Assembly: GCA_043228905.1 (NCBI GenBank)
Contig: JBHGNT010000008.1
Location: 21,142,001-21,206,000 of the forward strand
Reading direction: 5' to 3'
Length of the DNA: 64,000 bases
Source of the DNA: Azolla caroliniana
Taxonomy: Eukaryota > Plantae > Polypodiophyta
Positions 24,701-39,674 of the stretch are shown here, piece by piece. Both the position numbers and the translations under genes were made by a program. The notes beneath the pieces are model-generated. The model saw only the letters and a program-made list of their open reading frames with translations, had not been told where the DNA came from and did no database searches. Position 1 is the stretch's first letter. Each line of letters starts with the position of its first letter.

Positions 24701-25439
24701 AATGTTGATGCCGAATGTCTGAAACCATAGTATAAACCATGCGTACCATTCACGCATTCGTGTCCGAGAATGATTCAATCATTCGAGAATGGTAAACACC
24801 CTCGAAGAATGATAAATACCATACTTTTGGATAAATTATTTACTATAAGGTAAAAAGAAAAATTTAATTGCAAAAAAAAAAAACTACCATCTTAATAACA
24901 GAAATTACAACAAAATTACAACAAAATTACAGAAATTATAGAGATTACAAAAAATACAAAAATTATAGAATTTACAAAAATTACAAAAAAAATACAAAAA
25001 TTACAAAAATTACAACAAAATTACAACAAAATTACAGAAATTACAGAAATTAGTGAAAAATTACAGAAAGTAATGGCCGGGAGAAGATGTGGTCACTGAC
25101 TCACTATTGACTAGTGTGCACGATGCAAGCAGCAGATCGTTCAAGGAAAAGGGGGAAAAGGGGAGGAGAGCCGAGCGTAGCGTTGATGTGCAGAGGAAAA
25201 GGGGGGGAAAGAGGTAAAAAACCAAAAACAAAAGGTAAAAAAAGGGAAAAAAGGAAAACAAAAAACAAAAAAAAACACACAAATATTTGAATATCATTCG
25301 TGTTCGTTTTCCAACGTAGGAAAACGAATGATATAGTAGACAAACACGAATTTTACGTACTATGTCTGAAACTATCCTGAATGTCTAACTCAATCAAACT
25401 GATTTCTCTAAACTCCCATCTGGTGCCAAATAGATCAGA

Positions 25440-27135
25440 AACAGTCTGCCGGAATACACTTGGTCACCCCATCTACGACATTATTGAATGTAGATATCTT
25501 CTTGAGGCTTTTCAAAGAGGTATTTGAGGTCCTAGAGGCCCACTGGGAGACATATTAATTATGTGTACTGCCGTAAGTAAGGCCTCTACCTAGAAGCCAT
25601 CTGACAATTCGGAGTGTTGGAGCATAGCAATGAGTCATTCTTGAATTGTCCGATTCATTCGTTTGACGATTCAATTCTGCTTCGGACTATGTGGAGCCGT
25701 GTATTCACATCGAATGTTGTGCTGCCGGCAAACTTTGAAATTCCTCTGAGTTGTATTCTCCTCCATTGTCAAATCGTAAGCATTTCAGCTTCTGACCAAA
25801 CTAATTCTCCACCATGGCAAGCCATTTGGAAAAGATTGAGAACACCCGATCTTTGGTTTTGGTCGGGTATGCCCACATCTTATGAGTCAAATTGTTGATG
25901 AAGCTGATGAAGAAGGAGGCGCCGCTAAGAGACTAATGTGGCATTGGGCCAAAGATGTCCGAATGGACCAAATCAAGCGGACCCGATTCTCTTGGTGTTG
26001 TCGTCAAGTGTGAGGTTGCAGCTTGTTTGCCGTATTGGCAATGCTTGCAAAATTGGTGATCCAAGAAGGAGAGTTTAGGGATGTATTCGGCCTTGCTAAA
26101 GTGTCTGAGTTGTCTGTGCCATAGTGATGACACGGGGATATCAGCTACCAACAAGTCACCCTCTCTAAGTGTGACGTATAGCGGGTACAAGAAATGTACT
26201 TTCGAACCTCGAGCAAGTAGGAGGTTCCCCCTGTGGAGTGCCTACCCTCTTGATGAAAAGCAAGCACGGATACCTTCTTCGTCAAGTTGTCCGACCAAAA
26301 ATTTGTGGTCTCGAGAGCTCAAGTACATGGCGGACATTATGTAGTACTAATGTAGAGCCACTCGGAAGCTTGAGCTCTACAATGCCAATTCCAATTATAG
26401 CGCAGTGCAACGAGTTTCCAACTCAAACTGAGTCGGAAGGCGAGGCCGAATATTACCCAGATAGGGATCGATGAGGGGTCATGTGGTAGGATGCACCTAA
26501 ATTCAGGAGCCATGTGCTTGATTCCTTAGTCATATGCAAAAATTTCAATTCGATTGATTGTTCTATGAATAAGATGTTGGGATCATCTGCCAGTACTTCA
26601 GTTGAAGAGCAGATGTAGTTAACCTCATGTTGACCACTCTTCTGATCAACTTGCTGAGCTTTATCATTCTTTTCTTTGAGGGCATGGAAATCGGCCTTGA
26701 TATGTCTAGGTTTCTTGCCATAATTGCAAGTTTGATTATCTCGGGACTTGTTCCGACGTCGTATATTAGTCCGCGACCGAGAAGAACTTCTTCCCCAGTT
26801 GTTCGGTCGGTCTGCCGAACCTTGTACTACATAGGCATCGCTAGCCGAATCGTGTACGAACAATTTCCTCCAAGTAGCTTCCGTCAAGATTGAGCTCGTG
26901 ATTTCGGAGTACTTCATGGCGACATGCGACACATTGCACATCGTTGTGACAAAAGTTTTCCACGAATGGGGGAGACTACTCACTAGCCGAATTGTGTACA
27001 AACGATTTCCTCTGAGTCGCTTCCATCAAAATTGAGCTTGTGATCTTAGAGTACTTCAAAGAGGCAGACGACACGTTGCACATAGTTGTGCCAAAAGTTT
27101 CCCACAAAGGGGGGAGACTACTCATTATCAACATT
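25440..27135 (-). mobile_element. Degenerate Copia gag-protease-integrase relic with a local ~135-bp duplication at its right end
   Basis: SSLPHSWKTFV, WLLNLGASYHMTP, CKHCQYGKQ/LDLVHSDIFGPM. Confidence 0.8.
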
Positions 27136-27539
27136 GTTTTCAACTAAAAGTAGAGGCCATGCAACTAAAAGTGGATGCATGCAACTAAAGTAAAGGTCAT
27201 GTGTGGACACATGCAACTGGGCATCAAGGGCCATGATCAACAAAGAACTCCTAATATATTCCACTCTCTTTTTTTCCTCCATTTTTTAGGGCTTCTTCTC
27301 TCAATTCTTTGGGAAAACAAACTCTCATATTCATATCGAACCACTCCTTATATGGTTGCCAAATCCTTTCTTTTAAAATTATCTCTCATTTTCATATCCA
27401 ATCCATTGTAACACGATTCTTATATTATAAAAGAATCTATTATTTTGATATAAATGAATGTTTTCTTTCACCTATGTGTCTTATGTGTAAATCTTGCTTG
27501 TGTAGTATGAGTGAGCTCTAAATCCTTCCAGTCCATAAC

Positions 27540-28057
27540 CTCGACGGTTACACCTCACGATCCACACATAGTGACGGTTTTTTCATGACATCATGGCTCT
27601 TGAAAGTATGCCTAGTGGCATTGTCTCTCTAAGAGTGAGAGGGATGATGTCCTCTCGTAAGTTTATCCTTCTCTGCCCTTTTTCATAGAAATTTTCTTGA
27701 GCAAGCACTAAAAGTGACTCCGAGATATACATATGATCCAACTACCTCAACTGGGCTATGGGACATGGTTAGGTGTCACTTAGTTCTTGATGGGAACTCA
27801 ACGTTCCTTATGCGCAAAGCTCGGCCACAACCGAGATTCTTTTCATACGCAGAAAACAGGAAACGAAAAACACGACTCAAAGGAGAGGAAGATACACAGG
27901 AGGTTTACGTGGAAAACCCAAAGAGGGAAAAACCACGGCAGCCCACAGGCTGCAAACTGTCACTATGTGAAAATGTACAACAGTGAGTTCACTGAGGCAA
28001 CGACCTCGTGCTCACAGATCTTCGCCACAGGCGGCGGTTACAACAGAGGCAACGACC

Positions 28058-28100
<43 letters not shown>

Positions 28101-30350
28101 CACTATTACGTGCTCTCTCTTCTTCTTGCACCAACAAGGAGAAATGACAAGAACAGTTACTAAAAGTTTGCCCTAAGTCATATTTATACTAATATGACTT
28201 TTCGGCTATTTACAAATGTAGCCTCGATAGGCTCTCAGAAACATATTTACGAATATGTCTCTTCGTCCGGTTCATACCGGGCCTGCACCATCCGGCTCTC
28301 CGTAGCCGAGTACTCCTCATCGGCATTGTTCTTCTCCCTTCCCATCCGGAGGGACCTGTTTCCCAACAGTTCTAACTTCCCTACATTCATTACCAATCCT
28401 TGTTGTGTGCAAAAGTCATCTAAGGGATTAAGGTGCATTTGTAGGTCGTGTTCAGACTCAAAGAACAAAACTATGTCATCTACATAGAGCAAGATACGAA
28501 CCTGTGTACCCCCAAGGACTACTCCATTGCCTCTCTTACGAGCAATAAAATCCGTGATCTCATCAATGTAGATCCCAAAAAGAGTTGGTGATAGGGGGCA
28601 ACCTTTTTTTACACCAATAATGCTAGTAAAGTGGTTGGATAGGCCACTTGGGCATCGTACGCACCCGGAGACTTCCTCGTATAGTGTGTCGATGGCCCAA
28701 ATCATGTCATCTAGTATCTTCAAGCTTTTAAGCCTATCAAACAACTGCTCTCTAGGGACTGTGTCAATGGCTTTGCAGAAGTCTACAAAATAGCAATATA
28801 ATTTCTTCTTGCGAGCCTTTATCTAGTCAATTAAGCATCTAAGTGTGAATATATGATCAATAGTAGAGAAGGCTCATCTAAAGCCAGCTTGTTTAGGTGC
28901 TTAAAAATTTAAGGTCTCCATATAATCGCTAAGTTCTGCTTTCATGATTGCACCATATAATTTAGCGAGTGTATGACCTATCATAATGGTTCTATATATG
29001 TATTTGGGTTCATGGGGTCTCCTCCTTTATGTATGGGGGCCACTATGGTGGAAAACCTTCGGCGGGGGCACGATTGAGTATTAGAGTTAGAAAGGGAGCT
29101 AGGCACTCTCGCACATATATGATGTATTCTGCACGCAATCTTGTGTGGTCCATGGACTTCCTATGTTGTAATTTCTTTATGACCTTCGTGACCCTAGAGG
29201 TCGTGAAAAGTGTCCCCATGGTACGTCAGGGTGTCGAAGGCATTGGAATGGTTGGTTGTTTTGGGCTTGGTAAAGTTGCTCTGTATATGTGTCCCAAGTG
29301 TTGGGATCCTCAATGGGTGTTTTTGGTCTTGGTTCCTGTAGTCTCTTCCACGTAGTGGCGTAATCGCTACTCATGAGCATATGGTAGAGTTCCAATATTG
29401 GAATGCCTCCCACGCTCATCTCTTACGATGTGTCATCTTGCACATTTCTTTGCGAGCTTGTAGTGAGGTGATAGTAACACTGAGGTATGATACTTTAAGT
29501 TATCTATGTAAGTCCGTACAATCCTCATCATACCATCTATTATGTGGCATAGACCCTAGTCTATCATGATTGGAGTGTTTCGTATATGGGAAACTGTTAA
29601 TTGCTACGGACTGAAGGATGTGTGTGAGTTTCATAGTAAGGCTTTCTAAAGGCACGGAGGAATCAAGAGAGGAGAGATGGGCGTGAAGATGTAGGAAGTA
29701 TATGTCAGAGAGTTCATGTGTGAAATGTATTATGGTGTGATGGCTTGGCTGACTAGAGTTGGTGACGTTGGAGATACCACATTTTAGTTCAAAGTATAAG
29801 AAACTATGATCCACGGAAGTAGGACATGGGGCTACCTGGAAGGAGTTAATCATGTGGATAGCTTCAGAGCATCCTATTAGATAATCAATACACCTTGATC
29901 TTTTGATCTACGTGTGATGCCTATGTCTAAAAGATCGACATTTGCCATTTCTAGGTTTCTATCCATCTGAAATATTGTGCATTGTCAAGATTGGGTTCTC
30001 GCATTGAAATCTCGTATAAGGAAGACTTCTCCTTGGGAAGAATATCAGATTATGTCATCCGATAAAGGTTTGTATCGAGAAGTCCCATGTGGCATTCCTA
30101 CATCAACTAATATCGCCTCTCCAGCCATATTATAACGGGCTCGTTTCAGGGGAAAATAACAAATGGCGAAAAATACTACGTGATCCTTGCTAATGAGGAC
30201 TTTCACCCACATAAATCGAGTGTTTGGGTCTGTCCTTAGTATTTCTATCCTATTATGTAGCTCTCTCCAAAATAATATTGCAACACCTCTAGATCCTCTA
30301 GTAAAATTAAAAAAATTATTCTCCATAAAGACGCCAATTTGGACCTATGG
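27540..30350 (-). mobile_element. LINE (endonuclease plus RT) relic, interrupted by a solo LTR
   Basis: RGSRGVAIL/FAICYFP (APE endonuclease); GVKKGCPLSPTLFG and LLYVDD (RT); YVYLGVTF left of the solo LTR. Confidence 0.85.
27788..28368. mobile_element. Solo LTR with TSD GTTCT
   Basis: TG...CA ends with GTTCT on both sides; homologous to 60471-61297. Confidence 0.9.
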
Positions 30351-30357
30351 CACCAGA

Positions 30358-31452
30358 CTATACACGTGTTCTTGATATGTGTCTCCTTCCTAAGAAGGGG
30401 GTATTCATACATTGAAGCACAAATTCTCTATGTGTGAATAAAGCATACACATATGACCTCAACCTTCTCGGTGGTGTCTTAAGTATGGCACTTAAGTTAT
30501 CACTCCCTCTTAGTATGTCAACATATCTTGAATGAATTGCACTATATGTTGAGCATGTGAAGAGCAAGTGACATTCATCCTCTACCATGCCTTCATTGCA
30601 TACTTTGCATTTCTTCAAATTAGTTACATTTTGATACCATGATGCAACTTCAATGCCTAACTTGGGAGATTGAGTGCGAAGTAGTATAAGGGCTCTACGA
30701 GCATTACTACTCATATTGGTAATGAGATAAGGTTGGATACGATCAATAGGCATTCTTGCTTTATATTGAGACCAACATTCAAGGTTGACATTTTCAATGT
30801 AGTATTCTAGCTTTGTCCTCTTAGCATCTTCCCACTCCATCCTTAATGATTCCACCAACCTTTCCTCAATCATTACATAATGGATAGCATTGCCCGAAAA
30901 ATCTAAAAGATCATCCAAACCCCATCTTCTAAACCATTTCCTTATGTCAACAACCCAACCGGATGAGAGAATCTTACTTTTATGATTCTTTTGTAGCTTA
31001 CATCCAACATTCCAAGCAAGATGTGGTAATCGATGATTCGGCATATTCTTGACTTTTGTAATGTATTTATATACTCTTTGGAGTACCAATAGTTTTATGG
31101 GTCGAACACCTATTTCCAAGAGCATAATCTGGTAAGAGGTAGTGCATTTAACTCCTAATTGCCTCCTTAAAAACATCTTTTGAATTTTCTCAATCTCATT
31201 CCATGCATTAAGAGAGATGGTGCCACCATAAAGCAATACTTGAGTTACCATGGCATTGAACAACATTAGTTCCACTTCCCATCCGCAAGTATCACTTTGG
31301 TTGCATTGGTTCTCCAAAAGGTAATACAATTTCCAACCCGCTTGGAGCCTAGAATCAAAGCATGCAATCCATTTATTTGTTGTGGGTACATCAATACCAA
31401 GATATTTAAATCTTCGAAAAAATTGTATATGTTCACCTGTATATGTGAGCAT
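30358..31452 (-). pseudogene. LINE ORF2 C-terminal part (post-RT thumb and CCHC), 5'-truncated
   Basis: FKYLGI, LLYG and CKVC...EDECHLLFTC in an open 364-aa frame. Confidence 0.85.
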
Positions 31453-31826
31453 AGGGTAATGATGAGGTTGGATGGTAGTGTGTCGACATGAGGTTTGTCT
31501 AAATACAAACTCCCAATGGAATCCTTCGACTCCTGGGAGTCCTCTATTTGGGCTTTGGTGTGTTTCTACCCAGAAAAGTATATATGATACCTTTAATATC
31601 TCCTCTAGGCAGGCAACGACGACGGCAGCAACAATAGCAAGTGGTGACGACAGTAAGAATGCAAGAGAGGCAACAAGAATGCAAGAGAGAGAGAGAGAGA
31701 GAGAGAGAACTCTGCAAGGTCACATACCATCATACTCACTTCTTTAGATCCCTAGATAGAAGGGTTCTATACTTTGTAGTAAGTTAGTCATGGTGGTGTT
31801 TTTTTTTTCGTAATGAAAGCCATTAT

Positions 31827-31881
<55 letters not shown>

Positions 31882-32377
31882 GTAAACACACCCAAACTTT
31901 ATTCAACAATAGTAAAAATATATACTACAAGAAGTTACATGTATATAACTTAGGTTTAACTTAACCCTTTTGTTAATTTATATGTGTGGACATTACCACA
32001 TACACAATATAATTTAACACTCCCTCGAAATGGGCATATACAATGTAATCGACTTAGCAAATCAACATTGGAATAAGCTTCGAGACCATTTGAGTGTGCA
32101 AAGATCAATATCGATCTTTCAGAAGATTTTTGGTCATGGTATCGGATATATTGTTTAGTTCTGGAATTTTGTTGATGACAAGCCTCTTTTTAGTGATTTG
32201 TTTTTGAACAACATAATATCACATCTCTATTTTCTTTGATGCTGAATGATCAATTGGATTCATCACCAAAGAGATAACACCCTAGATATAATTTATAATG
32301 TTAACTAGTTCAGTGAGCCATGGTGCTTCCTTGGGTACATCACATGGAGCTTCATATATTTGCATTAATCATCGAGG

Positions 32378-33400
32378 TCATGGTGCACTCTTGATGTTTT
32401 GATCTCCACGAGATTGTTGTACATGCAAGTTGAACTGTGACAACACCAGGACAATTGGATATTCAAGGCTGCTAATAATATTCAAAGATATTACACATGT
32501 CAATTTATCTAATACAACATGAAGTGGCTCTAACACTTCTACGATATTTTCCAAAAGCAATGGGGCGACCATCAATGACTACAAGAAAAGTTGGGCATGG
32601 AAGTTTTCTTAGAGATACGTCATGAATTTGAGCAAAACCTTTACCCATGAAGCAAGAATTAGCCCCGATATGTAGGAGTGTTGGAACATAAACTAGATGG
32701 TTACTCATAGTCCAAACTTCAACTTGAACCGACAACATTGTGTTAATTTGCTTAGAAGGAATGAAATCACTAATGGGCTACAAATTTCCAAGATTGTCCA
32801 ACCAAATGGCTCCTATTTTGGCTCGACTTAATCGTTTAACTCCTCTTCTAGTTGACTTAGAGCTTCAAAATTTTTTGATAAATTTGAACTACTAAGATTG
32901 TTAGATACTCCCAATGGAATAAAGTCAAGTTTATCAAAAGAAACCACTTGATTTACTTGACATCTGGGCCTATGGGGACAATTTACTACAACATGGACTA
33001 GGCCACCACAATATAAACATAGGCAGTTTGCTCGACGTCGTTGCTTTTCTTCTTCTAACAATGGTCTATGACGACATGTTTCGTCGATTTCCATTGGTGT
33101 TGGAGCATTTGCAAAAGTTGTATTATATGATTCCTTTGGGAAGGGTTTTGCTACGATTAATGCATATGTGAGCTGTAATCTTGTCCTTGGCATTTGTTGT
33201 TGTCGTTTTGAATGCCATTCGAAAAGCCAATTATTGTATTGCACCACTCAACTAATTTCCTCCATCAGTTGCTTTAGCTCTTTTGGAAATGTAAGGAATA
33301 AATCATTTACGTCGTTGCATAGCTCAAACTGAAACTACTCTATTAATGCTTGGTCGTCCCATGGAATATTGGTTGTGATTCTAAATTTCAACTAGGTGGA
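32378..33400 (-). mobile_element. Gypsy/chromovirus gag-protease relic
   Basis: PTPMEID, CLYCGGLVHVVVNCP, and a degenerate protease motif LLHIGANSCFM. Confidence 0.75.
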
Positions 33401-33469
33401 TGCACCCTGGTACCACTCTTGGCACATACCAGAGGATGTGTAGGTTTGGTGTGGGTGGATGTCGGGATG

Positions 33470-34190
33470 TTTTCAACAAAAGAGAATAAAGTCACTTTTG
33501 TAATAAATGATGAAAGGATAAAAAGTTAGAGGCGGTAATAAATGATCGGACTCCGGATCAAAGAGCCGTATTGGTATCCAGAACCAGGAGCCGGATTGGT
33601 ATGAACCGGTAGGCCGTTAGAGGCCTATGACTCTAGCCAAGTACGTAGGCATATTTTTGGGAGTCAGTGTTTGATGCTCAGTACGAGCATTGAAGTAATT
33701 GTCAGTACTTCTGTCAATCCTTTAAGGACTTGTATAAAAAGTGTTCTCTAGGACATGTGTATGTACAGAGTCTATAGAGTCTCGAGTAATTTTTGAAAAT
33801 AGAGTTTATTGTTCTTCTCTCTCTGTCTCTCCCGAGTACTCTCTTTGTGATTTAAGCTTTCCATTAAACCTCCAAATACTTTTTGTTCATAACCAGTGAA
33901 GTTGGTTAAGTTTTCAAGCTTCCACACGCAATTCTTTACATGGTATCAGAGCGCGAGGGTTGAGAATCCTCTATTGCCAGCAAAAATGCTTAGATAGAAG
34001 AACCCTAACTTCCGGAAAAAGAACATACAGAAGAAAGAATGGACAGAGGGATGTCTAGCTCGCTTCCAACGAAGTCGCTCGACAGAAACAATTGTGCATC
34101 TTAGTCTTACAAGATGCACCCGTACCTGCTTAGGCATGGATACTAGAGTTATGTCGAAGGAGCGAATCGGGTAGCGCCAGATCCGGTAGA
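33470..34190 (+). mobile_element. Copia LTR end, PBS (33941-33952) and truncated gag; related to 7961-14112
   Basis: ...CTTTACA TGGTATCAGAGCGCGAGGGTTGAGAA matches the 13700-13727 region. Confidence 0.75.
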
Positions 34191-35761
34191 GTTTATTGTT
34201 CTGCTTTGTCTGTCTCTCCCACGTATGTTGGCCGCCTTCGACGGCCAAGTGGAAAAAGTCAAAAAGAAGAAAGAAAAAGGGCACGGTTACGGAAAACGAA
34301 GAAGTAGAGTGGGGTTGTTGTGTAGTTAAGAGGTTGTAACAGCCAAAAGACAATTATGAAGGGTAACGGTTCATGCACCGAGCATAACCGGCCATGACCG
34401 TATATAATGGGCATGGAAAACTTGTAAAAATGAGTCGTAATCTTGTATACATTTTTTGCAATATAGTTCTGGTTGCCTAACTCTCTGTGTCTCTCTAATT
34501 TATGTTGAGTGTATCTATGTTGAACCGTGTACTCTGTTTAGGCTAAGTATGTATGAATCGGTTGTAGCCGTCATCATCAACTCCACAGTCTCCACTATCA
34601 AGATAACCATTACAATTCTAGTACAGTAACCCGAGTTACGGGCACGACATAAACATTCATTCCCTAACCACGATTCACTTGAGCCGAACCCCGAAGGACT
34701 GAGGATTCGGCACCATGTCCCCTTAACCAGTAACAATATACTCTGTGTGTGATTTAAGCTTAACATTAAACGTCGAAATACTTTCTATTCATAATCGTTG
34801 AAGTCGGTTAAGTCTTCAACCTTCCGCACGCAACTCTTTACAATTTTTAAAACTGATGATCTCCTCTTCCACGATGTATGTAAATTTAAGAATATCACAA
34901 TGGCTCTCTCATTTGACACAAGCTTTGGAAAAAAAATTCTATTCTTAATTTTGAATTTTTTTTTATAAGTTGGGGTGTGAAATTTCTTGTGCAAGTTTAA
35001 CCATCCTATAGAAGTGTATATGCCTGATGTGGAGGTGTTATCTACTTATTAGTGATTATAGTTTATGTCGACTAATCCTTGTGAATCTTGTTGGATATAA
35101 TACCTTAGGCTAATGTTTGTGAAAATCCAAGCAAACTATACATATGGGGTCCAAAATAGAGACAACATTCAATGATCAACAGGGAACCATACATGAAAAC
35201 TTTATAAGAGGAAACACCCATAAACCCCAATGAAAGAGGACACACCCATACATACCAAGGAATACTCATGATATTTGGAGAATACCCATAAACACCTAGG
35301 AATGAGAACACCTACAACCATGGAATGAGATTTGGACACATGGATATTAATGTATATTTCAATCCAAAATGTAGACAATATTTCAGAATATTAGATACAA
35401 TGAAATAGTAAAGTTTCAAGTGTCCATAAAGGTATATTTTAATTCAAATCTAGTGGACAATAAACCAAGTGAATGGATTTGGATACAATGAAATTATAAA
35501 GTTAAAGGTATATTGTAATTCAAAATAAATCAAGCGAATGGATTTTGATCCAAACGGGTGTTACAGACTATAAACCAAGCAAATGGATTTGTAAAGATGT
35601 TACAGACAATAAACCAAAATGTTACAGACTATAATTCAAAATGTTACAGACAATAAACCAATCAAATGGAAAGAATAAAACATAGATTAAAATGTATATT
35701 ATCAATGTATTGCAAAAGTAATTATACATTAGCTCATAGGGCTCTAATGATACAATGTTTC

Positions 35762-38700
35762 TCTTCAGATATCAAGCCAAACTAGATTTAGTTACTTAGT
35801 CAATCACGTAACTTAGTAGTTACCTAGATAGAATCCAATTAGTGTGTTGACCTTAAAGCCTTAAATAGGATTTTGTACTTGAGTGGGATATATTCTAGAT
35901 CCTCCCCTCCCATCTTCATTTAATATTGGACTTACACCTTTGTACCTATATTCTCCTCACACATGTGCACCCTTGCACATGACATGTATATATACCTCAT
36001 TGTGGGTATCGTTGATTTTTTAAGCTTATTAATATAAAGAAAGGTCTTTAGCTACACTCTTGTTAATCATCCCCCATCTTGTCTTTGTGTTCATAAGTGT
36101 ACTCTCTCTTCCTCTCACACACATACACACACATATCACATAATCATCCGCTGCTTAATCACATACATGATTAACTACTCGTATAATTAGTCACTAATTA
36201 ACCCTTAGTTAATTACCTAATTATTAACATGGTATCAGAGCATGTGGTTTAGCACATCCACTACGCCCATCCGCCTCTTCGTGATTGTGTGTTCGAGACG
36301 CCGGTGACAAATCCGGCTATCCGCTACCGTAGTGCCCCTGTTTAGCACGTGTACGTGACCGAAGGAAGAAAATCCACAAGGGAAGATACTACATCAACAT
36401 GAACATAGAAATGGGTAGCTCGCTCCATAGTGAAAAGCTAGACCGGAGGAGTTATTTATCTTGGGAGTACAAGATGAACCAATACCTAGTTGGCCAAGGG
36501 TATTCGAACTACATCAACAGCGCACTCGAAAATAAACCCGACATCACCAATGCCAACTACCCAACATGGGGGCAAGGATCAAGTCGGGTAATGTATTACT
36601 TGGCAACATGTGTCCACGATCATATGCTTAGCCACATTCGAGACACCAAGATGCCTAAAGAAGCGTGGGAAAACTTGAAGAAAATCTTCACTACCAACAC
36701 GACCGCCCACAAGCTTCAACTCTGACAAGAGTTGAACCAACATTCAACAAAATGATATGTCTTATGTCAAACCACACTGCCAAGATCAAGAGCATTTGCA
36801 ACTCACTTAGCTCCATCAACATAAACGTTGAAGAGGAGGAAATGGTGCAAGTGTGCTCGGGCAACCTCGCACAACGATTCGATCCGATAAGGATGGCAAT
36901 CTTGGTGAGAGAACACCCTCCTTCATTCTTTGACCTTCAATCAATGCTATTGGTTGAAGAAAACCACGTTTGAACGAAAAGTAAGACGTCGGAGGGATAA
37001 ATGTTCTTCTCGAATTCGGATGGTGGCCGGGGACAAGGTTGCGACGGTAGAAGAGGTTGATTCGGCCCATGTCACGAAGGGAACTCAAACCTTCGGAAGA
37101 AGGGGGAGCTTCCATGCCAAAAAAGGTCAACAAATGTGGCCCATTACTTGCAACTATTGTGGGAAGGTCGGCCATTCCAAAGAGGAGTGTCGAAAGAAAA
37201 GATGAGAGTCGGCTTCCACAAGCCGGCAACTCACAAACTACGCCACCAACTCCAACTTTGAAGACTACGGTGGAGTATTCGTATTGAGACATAGAGCGAA
37301 CTCTATGTCGGCCTCCGACTCCACAACAACCTCCAACTCGGAAGACGTGTGGTTCATCGACTCCCGCTTCTCACATCATATGACATCACACCAAGAGTGG
37401 TTTAACGACTTAAGAACGCCGTATTGACTTGGCTACATAGAGACGAGAAATGACACCACACATCCCATTCGGCACATCGGCAACATTCCATTCGGCAACG
37501 ACAACAACAACAATTGCATCAAGAATGTCTTACACATGCCTACAATAATGAACAATTTGGTCTCGGTAGGCCAAATCGTGGAGCAAGGAATGTAAGTTCA
37601 TTTCAACAACGAAGGATGCTTCATAGAAAAGAATGGTTGACTCATAGCTAGAGAAAGAAAAGAAGACCGAATGTTTATTCTCAATTCGGATGAGGTAAGA
37701 TCAGCCATGTATGCCAAAGGTTTCAACATTGAGACGAACATCGAGTTGTGGCACAAGAGAATCGGCCTCATAAATGTCCAATGCCTCCGAGCTATGCAAT
37801 CAAAGGGAGTCACCATCAAACTTCTGGCCTTTGTGTCGAAACAAGTCGACCGAGTGTGTGAAGCATGTCAACTCGGAAAACAACATTAACTCCCATTCCC
37901 GAAGGAGAGCTACTTAAGTAAAGGCCCCATTGACGTAATCCACTCGAATGTATGAGGATTGGCTCAAACGCCAATGATCGGCGGATGCCGATATTATGTC
38001 ACCTTCATCGACGACTACTCTCGCTATACATGGATCTTCCCTATGAAGAAGAAGAGAGGAGTGCTCTCCCACTTCCAAAATCTCAAAAGCCAAGTCGAAA
38101 AAGAAACCAGTCGACACATTCGATGCCTAAGATCGAATGGAGGGAAGGAGTACTTCTCCAACAAACTCGTCTCCTACCTCCAACGTGAAGGCATTCGGAG
38201 AGAATTTTCGTGCTGACACACCCCCCAACTAAATGGAGTAGCTGAAAGGAAGAATCGGCACATACTTGAGGTTGCACGTGCCATGATGCATGAGAAGCAC
38301 ATGCCGAACTTCTATTGGGCCGAAGCGGCATCCACAATTGTCTATCTCATGAATCGATGCATCACTAATGGAGTGCATGGGCTAACTCCATAAGTCTAGA
38401 TCTTTCTTGGAAGGAAGCCGATCTTTTCGCACCTCAAAGTGTTCAGAAGCATTCCGAATGTACGCGTCCCGAACAAAAATAAAAAAAAGCTCGACGCAAA
38501 GTCGGAGAAATATATATCCTCGTAGGATACTCATCCAAGAAAAAGGGATACTTTTCATGGTATGAGCCCGATTCGAGTCCATCCGAACCAGCCGAGAAAC
38601 AATTGGTCGTCAACTCAGATGATGATATTCGGGAAAGTTCTTTACCAAAGGAAAATCCAAGATCTACCGAGCTAAGTGGGCCACACAAGTCCATAATTGA

Positions 38701-39671
38701 ACAAAGCATGTCGCGGCAAAGTCCGAAATCGAACAAGGGTAAGGGTAAGATACCCGAATATGAAGTCGATCACTCCGACGACAACAATTTAGATGTGTCG
38801 GTTCGCTCACTAGATAGTGAGTTTGGTGTACTCATTATGCGGACACCCGGAGTACAAAAGGCGCTCACATCGGCAAGCAGAAAACTCTGGTGCTCATCAC
38901 AAGAGAAGAACGTGGTAACTCGGTTTGTTTACAACGAGTATATGGCCCATCATTATGCCTTCATGATGAAGGTAGCAGCCGAACAAGAGCTTGAAAGCTC
39001 TATAGAAGTGGCTCTTGACCCACGACGGATGGAAGCGCTTGGCCTTCGACCCTCTAACACTACAAGCCTTCGTCACAGCCTTGAGGGGGAGCAACCAAAA
39101 TTGCCATGGAAAGGCCGAAGAAAGCCAAGAGCCGAACGAAAGGCAACGAAGCTGAAAGCCCAACGAGGATGTTGGACGCCTCACACTTGAGCCTGAGGGG
39201 GCATGTTGAGATATCAAGCTCAACCAGATTTAGTTTGTTAGTCAACCACATAACTTAGTATTTACCTAGATAGAATCTAGTTAGTGTGTTGACCTTAAAG
39301 CCTTAAATAGGATTTTGTACTTGAGTGGGATACATTCTAGATCCTCCCCTCCCATCTTCATTTAATATTGGACTTACACCTTTGTACCTATATTCTCCTC
39401 ACACATGTGCACCCTTGCACATGACATGTATATATACCTCATTGTGGGTATCGTTGTTTTTTTATGCTTATTAAGATAGAGAAAGGTCTTTAGCTACACT
39501 CTTGTTAATCATCCCCCATCTTGTCTTTGTGTTCATAAGTGTACTCTCTCTTCCTCTCACACACATACACACACATATCACATAATCTTCCACTACTTAA
39601 TTACATGCATTATTAACTAGTCACATAATTAGTCACTAATTAAACCTTAGTTAATTACCTAATTATTAATA
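35762..39671 (+). mobile_element. Copia deletion derivative lacking RT and RNase H
   Basis: LTRs 35762-36229 and 39204-39671, PBS at 36230, PPT before 39204, TSD GTTTC. Gag, protease and integrase are present; the sequence jumps from pre-RT to post-RNase H at ~39035. Confidence 0.9.
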
Positions 39672-39674
39672 GTT

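Noticed and set aside
24868-25290. K/N/Y/T-rich and F-rich ORFs
   Set aside because: Low-complexity AAATTAC repeats and A/G tracts.
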